Assembly: GCF_006345805.1 (NCBI RefSeq) | Contig: NW_021836152.1 | Span: 208,018-272,017, forward strand | Reading direction: 5' to 3' | DNA: 64,000 bases | From: Octopus sinensis | Lineage: Eukaryota | Shown: positions 11,859 through 24,739 of the stretch, piece by piece | Numbering within the stretch: the stretch's first letter is position 1 | Layout of the letters: the number at the start of each line of letters is the position of its first letter | Made by a program: the position numbers and the translations under genes | Notes under the pieces: generated by a model | The model's input: only the letters and a program-made list of their open reading frames with translations | The model's database searches: none | What the model was told of the DNA's origin: nothing

Positions 11859-14800
11859 CAGGGAGTGACGACCCTGCCTGACACGAGTTCCGGGCTCAGC
11901 TGGCTGACAGTACCCGGTATGGGCCCCTATCCAGGGTTACGGAAAGGAGACAACCTTCAAAGAAATCCGGAGTGGAGCCCCGAAGGCGGTCTAGTGTTCG
12001 ACTCGACACTCTTCCGGCAGCTCCTGCAACCAAGCTGGTGCCAAACGTAATGCACTGCACTCCTTTGGACTACATCAGCAAGGTCGAGAGAGAAAACCTG
12101 ACGATTGGGCTACCCAGGACTTTCTTATCTCTAGCCCAGGCCTGCGCAAAACTGGAGAGGACACTTCAGTGCTGCTGTAAAAAGCTGCAGAAACAACACG
12201 GGAGGTAACAGTCACGAGTGATAAGTCCATTCAGATTGGCGTAAAATATGGGCGTTACGGGTTACCTCTGACGGTGGGAGGGACCTCCGTGTCCTATTGG
12301 TTAGCTCCTGCCCACCTCAAGCTGCGCAACCTCCAGTTAATAAGGTGATGACCCGCCACAGGCCGCCTGCTTCATTGGGTGCTTGGAGCTAAGAGTATGA
12401 CTTGAAAAGCGGCCTGCAACCTCTGCAGCAGGCAAACAACTAAAAGTCAAGAAAACACCAGTCCTGCGGTTGGCAAGCTGGAATGTCAGGACCATGTGCC
12501 CTGGAATATCTGATGATCTACTCAGGGTTGAAGACACAAGGAAAACGGCCATCATTGACCGTGAACTAAAGAGGCTCAACATAGACATTGCTGGGCTACA
12601 GGAGATAAGACTTCCCTCAAACGGCAAACTCAAAGAGCAGGATTTCACCTTCTTTTGGCAGGGAAGAGATCCAGAAGAACCTCGTCAACATGGCGTTGGC
12701 TTTGCAGTGAGAAACTCACTACTCTCCTCAATAGAGCCACCATCGGGGGGCACTGAGCGTATCCTCTCACTGCGCCTCTCGACTTCTTCTGGCTCAGTAC
12801 ATCTACTCAGCATCTATGCTCCCACTCTCTACAGCTCAGAGGAGACCAAGGACCAGTTCTACAAAGATCTCAACTGTGTCATAGAAAATATACCAACGAC
12901 TGAAAATATTTACCTTCTAGGGGATTTTAACGCTCGCGTGGGATCTGACCATGATTCGTGGCCCATTTGTGTTGGACACTTTGGTATTGGCAACATGAAT
13001 GACAATGGTCAGAGACTACTCGAATTCTGCACATACCACAACCTGTGCATCACAAACACATTCTTTACCAACAAGCCATCCCACAAGGCATCTTGGAGAC
13101 ATCCAAGATCTCACCACTGGCATCAGCTGGATCTCATCATTACACGGAGATCCTTTCTGAATTCTACTCTATTGACCCGCAGTTACCACAGCGCAGATTG
13201 TGACACAGACCACTCACTAATTAGAAGTAGGGTGAGGATTCTACCTAAAAAAAAGTCCATCGCTCCAAGAAAGTGGGCCGACTACGCATTAACACTGCCA
13301 GAACCTCAGACCCTACACTGCGAAAATGTTTTGCTGCTTCTATCAAGGTTGCCCTCAGTGGCTGCCCAACCTCCTCTGCTGAAAGTAGGTGGAACTATAT
13401 CAGGGAAGCCTTGTATACGACATCAATAGATACTTTCGGCATGAGAGAAAGGCAAAACCCAGATTGGTTCAATGCTGGGCTTTCAGAGCTGGAGCCAGTT
13501 ATCGAAGCAAAGCGTGCAGCTCTGATGCAATACAAGAGTGACTCTTCTACAAAGTCACTCGAAGAACTCAGAAAGGCACGAAATAAAATCCAACTGACAG
13601 CCAGACGCTGTGCAAATATGTACTGGTAGGAAATCTGTCAGAGTATCCAGTCAGCTGCTGACAGGGGCGACACCCGTGGGATGTATGCCGGTTTGAAGAA
13701 GGCCCTCGGTCCATCCGCAACCAAGTCAGCCCCTCTGAAATCAACTACTGGAAATTTCATCAGGGATCAAAGCAAGCAAATGGATAGATGGGTGGAGCAC
13801 TACCAGGATCTCTACTCACGGGAGACTACAGTGGCTGAGGCTGCAGTCGAGAGTGTCAAGATCTTGCCAGTCATGTGCGAACTTGACAGTCCGCCATCTA
13901 TAGCAGAGCTCATCAAGGCTGTTGACTCCCTAGCAAGAAACAAGGCTCCGGGAAAAGACGGCATCCCCTCAGAGATCATCAAAGCCGGCAAAAACACCAT
14001 CCTGCTTCGGCACCTTCATGAGCTTCTGTGTCAGTGCTGGGAAGAGGGTACAGTCCCTCAGGATATGCGGGATGCTAACATCATTACACTTTACAAACAC
14101 AAAGGTGACCGTGGTGATTGTAACAATTACCGTGGAATATCTCTTCTAAGCACTGTTGGAAAGACCTTTGCCCGCGTTATCCTGGCCAGGCTACAACTAC
14201 TTGCTTCTCGAATCTATCCGGAATCGCAGTGTGGCTTTAGAAGAAGCAGATCAACTATCGATATGATATTCTCCATACGCCAACTTCAGGAGAAGTCCAG
14301 AGAGCAGAGAATGCCATTATATATGGCCTTCATTGATCTAACAAAGGCCTTTGACTCGGTAAGCAGAACAGGCCTCTTCACCCTGCTCCAAAAACTCGGA
14401 TGTCCACCAAAGCTGCTGAGGATCATCAAGTCTTTCCATGATGACATGCAAGGTACCATACAGCACAACGGTTCAACATCAGCCGCCTTCCAAATAAAAA
14501 ACGGGGTAAAGCAAGGTTGTGTCCTCGCTCCTACATTGTTTGGCATCTTCTTCTCGCTCTTACTTTCACATGCCTTTCAGACATCAATTGATGGAGTGTT
14601 TCTGCACAGTAGAAGTGACGGGAAACTGTTCAATCTCTCGCGCCTGCGTGCCAAGACCAAAATCAGAAACGTCCTGATCAAGGAGATGCTATTTGCTGAT
14701 GATGCCGCTCTGGTATCACACACAGAAGAAGCCCTCCAAAGGCTCATTAACTGTTTTGAGCAAGCATGTAAAGACTTTGGCTTAGCTATCAGCCTTAAGA

Positions 14801-15708
14801 AGACCAACATCATGGGTCAGGCTACATCGGACATCCCAAACATACATATTGGAGACCACAGATTACAAGAGGTGGAGAAGTTTACCTATCTGGGCTCTAC
14901 CGTCACCTACAACCTATCCCTCGACGCTGAGCTCAATATACGCATTGGCAAGGCAGCTGCTGCGATGGCCCAACTCTCCAAACGGGCTTGGGACAACAAT
15001 AAGCTGACCAAGACCACGAAAATGAAGATCTACCAGGCATGTGTACATAGCACTATACTGTATGGAAGTGAGACTTGGACGCTATACACACGCCAAGAGC
15101 GTCGCCTAAACATCTTTCACCTGCGCTGCCTCCGGAAAATCCTCCGCATCAAATGGCAGAACCATATCCCCAACAAAGATGTCCTCAGGCAAGCAGGAAT
15201 ACCAAGCATGTTTGCACTCCTCACACAAAGACGTATGAGATGGCTTGGGCATGTTAGCCGTATGAAAGATGGCAGAATCCCCAAGGACATACTCTACGGA
15301 GAGCTTGCTAGGGGTACTAGGTCTGTGGGTAGACCGATCTTACGTTACAAGGATGTTTGCAAAAGGGACATGAAGGCCTGCAACATCAATATTAGCGGTT
15401 GGGAGGCAGTTGCCGGCAACCGTGGAGAATGGAGACGTACCGTAAAAGAGGGAATACAAAGGAGTGACAGAGAGAGAGAGAGAGGAGAAATGGAAAGAAA
15501 GGAAGAGACGTAAACAAGAGACTATGGCATTACAACCAGCCAGGAACAGTCTTCGCTATATTTGCGGTACCTGCCAGAGGGAGTGTTTGTCCAGGATAGG
15601 ACTACACAGCCACAGCAGGAAATGTATCAGGACATGAAATGTAAAAGCCGGACTAGACTACTTTATGCGCAACTCCATTGTCTCCCGAGACAAAAAGGAT
15701 GCCAACCA
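11859..15708 (+). mobile_element. RTE-clade (BovB-like) LINE, apparently full length
   Basis: ~600-bp 5' UTR, single APE+RT ORF, 3' end ..gagacaaaaaggatgccaacca followed by (AT)n. Confidence 0.93.
12470..15513 (+). pseudogene. RTE APE-endonuclease/reverse transcriptase ORF with one frameshift (poly-A run ~13250) and one in-frame TAG (13627)
   Basis: SWNVRT, GLQEIR, GDFNARVG, TDHSLI; KAPGKDGIP, YRGISLL, FIDLTKAFD, GVKQGC, FADD, YLGS. Confidence 0.93.
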
Positions 15709-15873
15709 ATATATATATATATATATATATATATAGCAAAATTTAGGAACGGCCATAATAGGCCGTTCAACCCACTAGAAATAGCAGCCAAGGCTTCAAC
15801 CGCAAAACAATATTAATTCCGTAAACTAGGAGAAAATTTTTAAAAACATTTATTTTTTGCCACCCTATATTGA

Positions 15874-15924
<51 letters not shown>

Positions 15925-15927
<3 letters not shown>

Positions 15928-16110
15928 GAAAGTTTACGAAAATAAACAAAAGGCGAAGGCAGGTGGTGTACAAACAAAGAAATGTATTAGTATAGCGCTC
16001 AGGAATAGAAAAACTCTTTTACGTTTCGAGTCTACGCTCTTCCACAGAAAGATACACAGAAAAAAAACAAGGAGAGAAACAAGGAGAGAAAAATGCGTGT
16101 AGTATCTAAC
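15925..16110 (-). repeat. Dispersed repeat with a second variant hammerhead-like motif (16016-16051)
   Basis: Minus strand: CTTT-CTGTGGA-A-GAGC-GTAG-ACTC-GAAACGT-A-AAAG, then TTCCTGAGCG as in the 2254/9187 repeats. Confidence 0.6.
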
Positions 16111-16115
16111 GATCT

Positions 16116-16237
<122 letters not shown>

Positions 16238-16413
16238 TATATATATATATATAATTAGATAAAAAAACACCTTTTATCAATTCAAAATGAACAATTAAAT
16301 TACACCAGAAAACTACATATAATAGAAATATTAAATATAAAATAACAATTAATATACCGATGATTCAGTAAATTGCAAAATAATAATAAATAAGACGTAT
16401 ATATTTGGTAGAA

Positions 16414-16517
16414 TAACGACACGTGTTTCGTGGCTATATTTAAGAAATGATTATAGTAAAATAATTAATAGTAGTAGTAAAATCACTTCGATATAAATAT
16501 AGCCACTCATCAGGTTA
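16414..16517 (-). ncRNA. Minimal type I hammerhead ribozyme, canonical core, long AT-rich stem II
   Basis: Minus strand: TAAC-CTGATGA-GTGGCTATATTT..AAATATAGCCAC-GAAAC-ACGT-GTC-GTTA; 12-bp perfect stem II base, palindromic stem III ACACGTGT. Confidence 0.88.
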
Positions 16518-17059
16518 AAAATAAAATAAAATAATAAAATATTTAATTAATAAATATACGTAAATAATCTTTTAAAATATAAATATTTTCTTTAAAATAC
16601 ATATATATATTCTTACCTTTTCGTTTCACTCTGCCTGCAATCATCACAGATTTTGCATGGTCGCTGAAGTGAAGGCAAGTGGCTTAGAGGTTAGGGGTAT
16701 TCGGCTTAGATTTGGGGTGATATATTAAAATCGGCTGGGGTGGGAGAGAGACGAATTTCTGAGTACCCTTAATTTTTATATGAGTGACAACACACAACTT
16801 TGATATACTTGCTGTTATTTCTAGCATCACGTAGGACTACCAATTGGATAATATTCCTCCGGATGCTTCTTAAATTCTCCTTTAATCCTTCAAGAAAAGC
16901 AATACAAAATGCTAAACTATAATTTTTAGCATATTATCCGACAATATATTAGATAGACGCTTCCTCAAGTGTTCTGCTTTTATAAAAAAAAACAAAAAAA
17001 CTTCAGGAATTTCAAGGTGTTTGCTTGCTGTTTCATGAATGATGCGAGACAATAGAGAG

Positions 17060-20000
17060 GTGAGATTATTTTATAAAAGTCAAAATGGTTTTGGGAGGGA
17101 GACAGTGAGATTAAGGGAAAGAAAGAGAGTGAGGGAGAGAGAGTAAAAAGAAGGAAAGAATGAAAGAGAGTGAGAGAGAGAGAGAAAGGAAGAAAGAAAA
17201 TAGAAAAAAGAAGGAATGAAAGAAAAGAGGAGGGAAAGAATAAAGTAACGTGATTCTGTAATAATGCATGAAGTGAGAGCGAAAGAAAGAAAGAAAGCGA
17301 AGTCATTCCGTAATAAACAAAGAGATGAGAGCGGGGGCGGAGAAAGAAAGAAAGAAAGAAAGGGAGAAAGAAAGGGAGAAAGAAAAGAAAAGGAATGAAG
17401 GAAAGAAAGAAAGAATGAAGGAAAAAAGAAGGAAAAAAGAAAGAAAGAAAGAAAGAAGGAAAATGAAGGAAAGAAGGAGAGAAAGATAAGAGTAGAGCGA
17501 GAGGGAGAGAAAGAGAGAAAAAGGAGAAAAGGAAAGGAAACTAAACAACGACAAAAAAGGAAGGAAGAAGCAAAGGAGAAGGAAAGACAAGAGCGAGGAA
17601 AGAAACAAGAATGAAGGGTAAGAAGAAGGAAATGAAAAAAAGGACAGAAAAACAAAGAAATAACGAAAATGAAAGAATGAAAGAAAGAAAGAAAAAATTA
17701 AAAAAAAAGAATGAGAGACAGGAAGAAAAAAGAAAGAAAGAAGAAAGAAAGGAAAGAAAGAAAGAAAGAAAGAAAGAAAGAAGGAAGAAGGAAAGTAAAA
17801 GGACACAAAGAAAGAAAGTAAAAAGAAAGAAAGAATGGAAGGAAGGAAGGAATCAAGAAAGAAAGAAAGGAAGAAGGAAGGAAAGAAAGAAAGAGGGAAA
17901 GAAAGAAAGAAACAAAGAAACAAAGAAAGAAAGAAAGAAGGAGAGAATGAGAGAGATGAAGGAAGAAAGAAAGAAAGGCAGAAGGGAAAGAAAGAACGAA
18001 AAGGGAAAGAAAGGAAAAAGAAAGAAAGAAAAGAGAAAGAAAGAAAGAAAGAAAGAAAGAAAGGAAAGAAAGAAAGAAAGAAGGAAAGGAAATTGTAAGA
18101 AAGAAAACAAAAAGAGAGAAAGAAAGAAAGAAAGCAAAATGAAAGAAAAGAAGAGTAAAGAAAGAAAGAAAAAAGAAATAAAGAAATAAAAAAGAAAGGA
18201 AAGGAAGAAAGAAACAAAGAAAGAAAGAAAAAAAAGAAGAAAAAGAAAAAAAATAAAAAGAAACAAAAAAGAAAGACAAAGAAAGTAAAGCGAAACAAAA
18301 AGAAAGGAAGAATGAGAGAGAGATAGAAGCAATGAGATTAAGGGAAAGAAAGAGAGTGAGAGAGAGAGAGTAAAAAGAAGGAAAGAATGAAAGAATGAGA
18401 GAGAGAGGGAGGAAGAAAAAAAAGAGAAAAAGGAGGAATGATAGAAGAGAGGCGGGAAGGAAAAAAGTAACGTGATTCTGTAAGAGTACATGAAATGAGA
18501 GCGGAAGAAAGAAAGGAAGAAAGAAAGGAATTAAGAAAGAAAGTAAGAAAGGGAGAAAGAAAGGAACAAGAAAAGAAAAAGAAAGATGGAAAGGTTGAAA
18601 GAAAAGAAAGATAGAAAGGGAAAAGAAGGAAATATAGAAAGAATGAAACAAAAATAGAAAGGAGGAAAGTGGAAAGAAAGAAAGAAAGAAAGGAAGGAAG
18701 AATAGAAGGAAAGATAAAAGGAAAAAGAAGGAAAGATAGAAAGAATGAAGGGAGGAAAGAAGGAAAAAGAAGGAAAAAAGAAGGAAAGAAAGAGAGAAAG
18801 ATAAGATCAGGGCGAGAGGGAGAGAGAGAAAAAGGAGAAAAGGAAAGGAAAGGAAACAACGACGAAAAAAGAAAGGAAGAAAAAGAATAGAAGCAAAGGA
18901 GAAGGAAAGATAAGAGGGAAGAAAGAAAAGAGAAGGATGGGAAAGAAGAAAGAAATGAAAAACTGAAAGAAAAACAAAGAAATAACGAAAATGAAAGAAG
19001 GAAACAAAGAAAAAAGAGATAAATGAAAGAAGAAAGAAAGAAAGAAAGACAGGAAGGAAGAGGAAAAGAAAGGAAATTGAAAGAAAGAAAGAAAGAAAGG
19101 AAGAGAGGAATAGGAAAGAAAGAAAGGATGATAGAAAGAAAGAAAAAAAAATGAAAAGGAAAGAAAGAAAGGAAAAGGAAAGAAAAAAAGAAAGGAAGGA
19201 AAGAAAGGAAAATGAAAGAAAGAAAACAGAAAGAAAGAAAATAGAAAGAAATTAAGGGGAAACAAAAAAGAAAGAATGAATGAGAGAGAGAGAGATAGAG
19301 AGGAAGGCGACGTAATTCTGTAAAAAAATGCTGAGAAGAAAGAGAGAGAGGGGGAGGAAGGAGGAGGGATTAGAGTAATAAATGTTAAGAAGAGAGGAGG
19401 AGTATGAGATGAGAGACAAAGAGTAAAAAGGCGGAGCATTAATATATAATAAGGTAATAGAGAGAGGGAAAGGGAGAGAGGGAGAAAGAGAGAGACAGAC
19501 AAACAGAGACACGGAGACAGAGAGAGACATAAGAAGCGAGAGGGCGAAAGAGAGAGACTGAAATAGAGAAATCGAGAGAGCAAAGAGAGAGAGAAAGTCA
19601 GACATAGAGAAAGAGAGGGAGATGCAAATAGAGGAGAAAGGGAGGGAAAGAATGAGGTAAGAGAATGAGAGAATATTATATAAGGAGGTGGAGGGAGAGA
19701 GAGAAGGATACATAGGTTTAGAAAGAGAGGGAGAGTGTGACGTGGGGCGGAGCGCAAAAGAGGTAGAGGGAGAGTATGAGATAAGAGGTGGTAAAGAGGG
19801 AGGGAGAGATACAAAATTGAGGGAGGGGGAAGGAAACAGAGATGATGTATGAGATATATGCTTTGTGAGGGAGGGAGAGTAAGAGTTGAGAGAAAACGAG
19901 GGATGAGGGAGGCGGGGTTAAACAATAACATAAATAAGTGACAGAGAGAGGAGTAGAGAAGGAGAGGGAATGATGTGTGTGATAAGAGAGGGAGTCTATC

Positions 20001-20070
20001 ATGTATTAGAGAAAGGAAGAGGGGAAGGATGAGGTATTAATACAGAATGAGGAAGGAGAGAGAAGAGTTT
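17060..20070. repeat. ~3-kb polypurine low-complexity tract (GAAA/GA/GGAA) with degenerate internal duplication
   Basis: Direct; the anchor aaagtaacgtgattctgtaa recurs at ~17243 and ~18465, with a variant at ~19310. Confidence 0.95.
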
Positions 20071-20619
20071 CGAAGTGTCCTTCATTTTCATATGAAACAC
20101 AAAACCAAACTTTAACATACTTGGCTGTTATTTCTAGCATCACACTTGATCCTCAATTGGACTATATTTCTCCAGATGCTTCTTAAAGTGTCCTTCATGA
20201 TAACAATGTAAAGTATAGCGTAATGGGCTGTTATTTCTAGCAAGATACCAAACCACCAATACGTTTTATAGACGCTTCTTCACTTGGTTTCTCCTTCGAG
20301 GAAGAAGTCTGACCAGATCCGGGAAAAAGTTTTATAAATGCTTCTTAAACTGTCTTTCAGTTTCGTATGAAAAACAAAGCAACTTTGAGTGTAGTGGGCT
20401 GTTATTTCTAGCATGATGTCAAACCAGGTGTAGGAGGATTCTTTGAATTGTCCGTCAATGTCTCGGCTATTTAATTTGCTCAATTAAGAACTACACAGTA
20501 ATTATGTAATTAATGGTTAGTTAAATAATTAACTTCTGGTAAAATAATTAGCGAGAGAGAAATTTGAAGGTAAATCTGAAAATATAATTTATTTGTAAGA
20601 AAGTAAGGTTTCTTAGGGA

Positions 20620-21030
20620 TAAAAGGAGAGGAAGAGGGAGAGGGTAAGATATAAGGAGGTAGGGAGATAGAGAGAGAAAGAAAGGAAGAAAGAGTGAGAG
20701 AGAGAAGGCCTAGGGAAGGGGAGGGATATATTAATGTATGAGGAAGCAGAGAAAGAATGAGAGTGGGAGAGAGAGAGAGACAGAATGCGTGAGAGAGAGA
20801 GAGAGAGAAAGAAAGGAAGAAAGAGTGAGAGAGAGAAACCCTAGGGAAGGGGAGGGATATATTAATGTATGAGGAAGCAGAGAGTGGGAGTGAGAGTGGG
20901 AGAGAGAGAGAGAGACAGAATGCGTGAGAGAGAGAGAGAGAGAGAAAGAAAGGAAGAAAGAGTGAGAGAGAGAAACCCTAGGGAAGGGGAGACGGAGACG
21001 AAGAGAAAGAGACAGACAAAGAGAGAGAGC
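20620..21030. repeat. Polypurine tract with ~115-bp tandem duplication
   Basis: ctagggaaggggagggatatattaatgtatgaggaagcagaga occurs twice. Confidence 0.85.
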
Positions 21031-22851
21031 GCGCTTATTGGACGATATATATTTAGTAATAGGGGAAGGGTATGAGTTAATAAAGAAAGCAAAATGGGAG
21101 GAGTCAGTCTACATTATACAATGTGGTGGGAGGTGTCAACGTTGAAAGGGTAAGAACAATAACTCTTATTGAATTGTATTTTTTTCTTGCGCAGAATTTC
21201 AAGATTTCCAAAAATGATTTAATGTAAATAATAGATCGAAGTGTTTAATATTGCAATTCTTAGCCCTTAATTTCCTCCTCGTAATCTTCACACTGCACCC
21301 TGCACCTATTGTGGATGCAGCTGCTAGAAATAGCAGCCAAACATCGCATACTAAATGAAACCTCTTATTTCTTTAATTGCTTCAAAATTTATTTATTAAG
21401 TTGAGGAAAAAGTTCGTGCGTTTCGTCTTTATTTTGAAGAATATTTGTTGCTTTTGAATAAATTCTTGCATAAGAAAATCATTATTTTAACACGACGCAC
21501 GGACATTTCCCTCAATCTAATAGTTTCTACTTTATAATTGGCATTTGGTCAGATAACTGCAAAGATTAGCCATTGACTGTCCACTACAAAGAGAAGGGAG
21601 CAAGAATATGCAAAGGAAGTGCAGTTTAGTGCAGCCGTGCACTGGTTGTCGTCCTATTTTAAGCTGCAAAAATGTGAAAGTAAACTTCGAGAAGGAAAGG
21701 GATCAGACCGGAAGTGATGAGAATAGAACAAGGAAACAAGTGAATGCCATCTAGCGGAGAAAAATTCAGCTCATAGTGACGACACCTCTACCACCGAAAC
21801 ATCTCGACGAACTGTTTTTACTCATCGCAGGCCGGTCTCGTGGATGTGTCACGGAGCTGTGGCGGGGAAACAGCTACGAGAACGGAAATCGACGGAAATT
21901 GACGCATCTCGACGGTTATGAAGGAGTTCAGTGTGAAGATATTAAATGCCTTTCGGTTTTGCTTCAGATGTTTCACACCCGAATTTCCTGCCTCAGAGCT
22001 TCCAGAAAATGGATATTTTAAATTATATTTTCTAAAACTGAGCTTCTGATGCTGTTAATTGCGATTATATCGGAATATTTGATGAAAACATTTTTCCTAC
22101 TTCGATGTGAGGAGTTTTGGAAAATTCACACAAGGCGTCTGGCTTTTTTCATAACTTTCAGAAAAATAGCAAATTTTTAATGGAATTTTCTATAAATGCC
22201 TTTCAGAGTGTGTCGATTACAATTATATCGGAAATGAATAAGAGAAAATTAATTTGGTGGATTATTACACATACATAGTACAACAGGTCACATATCGACA
22301 AAAGGAAACTTGTAATTTCGAAGAAAAGTGTGATGTGCGTCAGAGTGTGTGTTTGTATGTGTGTGTGTGTGGTGTGTGTGTGTGTGTGTGTGTGCTCATT
22401 TTTTCTTTCCACATTAAATTCCAATATAATCGCATTTTACACACACTGTAACGTATTTGTAGAAAATTACATTAGAAAATAACCCATTTTTGTTAAAGTT
22501 CTGAGCAAACACAGACAATTCGTGTGAATTTTACGAAACTCATCTTTCCGCCCACAAACAAATTTGTTTCGCTACAAATTCCGATATAATCAGAATGATC
22601 ACCATCTGAAGCGTATTTACAGAAAATTTAACTAAATATTGTCCGTTTGGCGGGGAGTTATGAGGAAACAAATTCGGTGCGTCGCACACATCTGTGAGAA
22701 TGGCTGCCTTCCCAAGACGGGTCTTCTGCTGGAAATCGCTGTTCCAATCGGAAAGCTTCTCGGCTGTCCTCTCCCGCATCTGTGCGTGTCGGTGGGACAT
22801 TACCGTCAAATCCAAGCACCATCTGAGTCGTCTCTTTTCCTCACTAACATT

Positions 22852-22883
<32 letters not shown>

Positions 22884-24109
22884 TTTCTTTCTTTCTCTAA
22901 TGCTTTCTTTCTTTCTCTCTGTCTCGCTCTCTCTTTCTCTCTGAGTGTTATGTTGCAGCCCTACCCAACCATCAGAATCATCCTCACCTGACCTAAGACC
23001 GACAATGACAGAGAAAGTAGCTGTCCATCTGCAGCTGACATCTACCCTAAGCCTCGACTCCTTCAAGCATCAACGGCATAAAATGTGTAAGAAGCCGTTT
23101 CCCATTGTTAACAGCGTGTAGGTCGATGGCAGAATTATCTGGTCGGTGGTGGAAGATTGAGACAGATGCACAGATATCTCGACGAAATCCAGCTGCGGGT
23201 AAGTGGCATCTGTCTTTACGATCAACCATGTGTTTCATTTTTCTTAAATGAAAGCTTGAATCTTTTATTTAAATAAGAAATTTCAGTGTTTTCCCTTTTG
23301 TACAGACATATTACGTTTATTAAGTTGTCCAAAAACGTCTGACAAATAGAATAATTTGTATAACGAATCTTCATTGTGGAACAAATCTGAATTTAATCCC
23401 AGTATGAATATTATGTCTTCATTTTCTTAAAGTTCTAACAATTGTTTCAAAGCTTCTCCATTTCAGATTCCTCACACTTCTGTTCTTAGTAAAACTTTGC
23501 TGAAATTGGATGCCATTTTCTCACAGAAGAGGAAACTATTGAGATCAAGAATTTTAATAACGTTAATAATTTTAACCGCTTCTTGTAATATTGCAAAAGT
23601 ATCTGGAAATATTTTCTGAGAAACCAACACCTCTCAGTGAAGATTGCAATAAGTGACAGAAATAGGGTTTTTATCTTACAAATTTAACTTGAACCCCAAT
23701 TTCCCTCCTTATCATAGCTTCTGCATCTTTATTACATACTACATTACATTTATACCATCCAAGGCCTAGTTCTGAGAAACTATCGTCTACTTTTAGCTAC
23801 AAAGTCTCCATCTAACGAACCAATCTTCCTGGCCCCTATTCTATATTACTATAGTTTGTAATCTTACTTGCTTCATCTAATTGAATTGCATGTTTAGAGA
23901 CGTTATTTAAAAACCTTCGCATAATTTACTCCAATTAATCATTATTCATTTCTGAAATATAAATACCAACATTATCATTTCGCAGACTAACTTGCTTCAT
24001 CTGCATGTTATTTCAATGAATAATTCTTGATGTTTTCATTGCTGCTGCTAATACAAGTTCTTCGCCGATGTTGTTTGGGGTTTCTTTTATCTCTTGCAAT
24101 TAAATAAAC

Positions 24110-24480
24110 AGCTTCAAAAGATGCCCTTCTACTATAACCTCTGCCCCATCAGAATATCGTGAGTGTATTTGGTAGATGGAAACGGAAAAAAGCCCGTCGT
24201 ATACATATATACATACATACTTATGTGTTTGTGCTTGTATGTTTGTGCGCGTGTCTTTGTGTTTGCGTTCGAGAAGCCACCCCGCTTGACAACCAGTGTT
24301 TCTTTGTTTACGTCCTTGTGGTATAGCCGTTTGGCAAAAGACACCGTTACTAGAAGTAGTATGCATAATTATAAAAGAAAAATCTAGAGGGGTAATTCAT
24401 GCGATTAAAATTCATCAAAACGGTGCCCCAGCATGGCCGCAGTCGAATTACTGAAACCAGTAAAAAATATAAGATTTAAA
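24110..24480 (+). mobile_element. Decayed composite SINE (cephalopod-type)
   Basis: ..ggtagatggaaacggaaaaaagcccgtcgtata.. and 3' end ggtgccccagcatggccgcagtc..actgaaac. Confidence 0.65.
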
Positions 24481-24739
24481 TAAAACAATAGTTTCCTCTT
24501 CCCTAAACTTATTTGCCTTTTATAATCAGTTCGATCTCTTATTTCCATTCAATCATATTTGGCAGTTTTCTGAAGTCTTCGCAGAGACACAGATTCGATT
24601 TAACCCAACCGAAAGTAATTCAGTTGAAAAGAAGAACGGGGTGTAAGAAGAGGAATTATCTTTGCCCCGTCTGGGATAATCTCTTGCCTCTCATCCTTGT
24701 CTTTATTCCATTATCACGTCTTTCAATCTCGTTCATTCC

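Noticed and set aside
11859-12400. Search for an HDV-like ribozyme at the RTE 5' end
   Set aside because: Hairpins are present, but I could not assemble the nested double pseudoknot with a proper L3 and J4/2; it needs a descriptor search.
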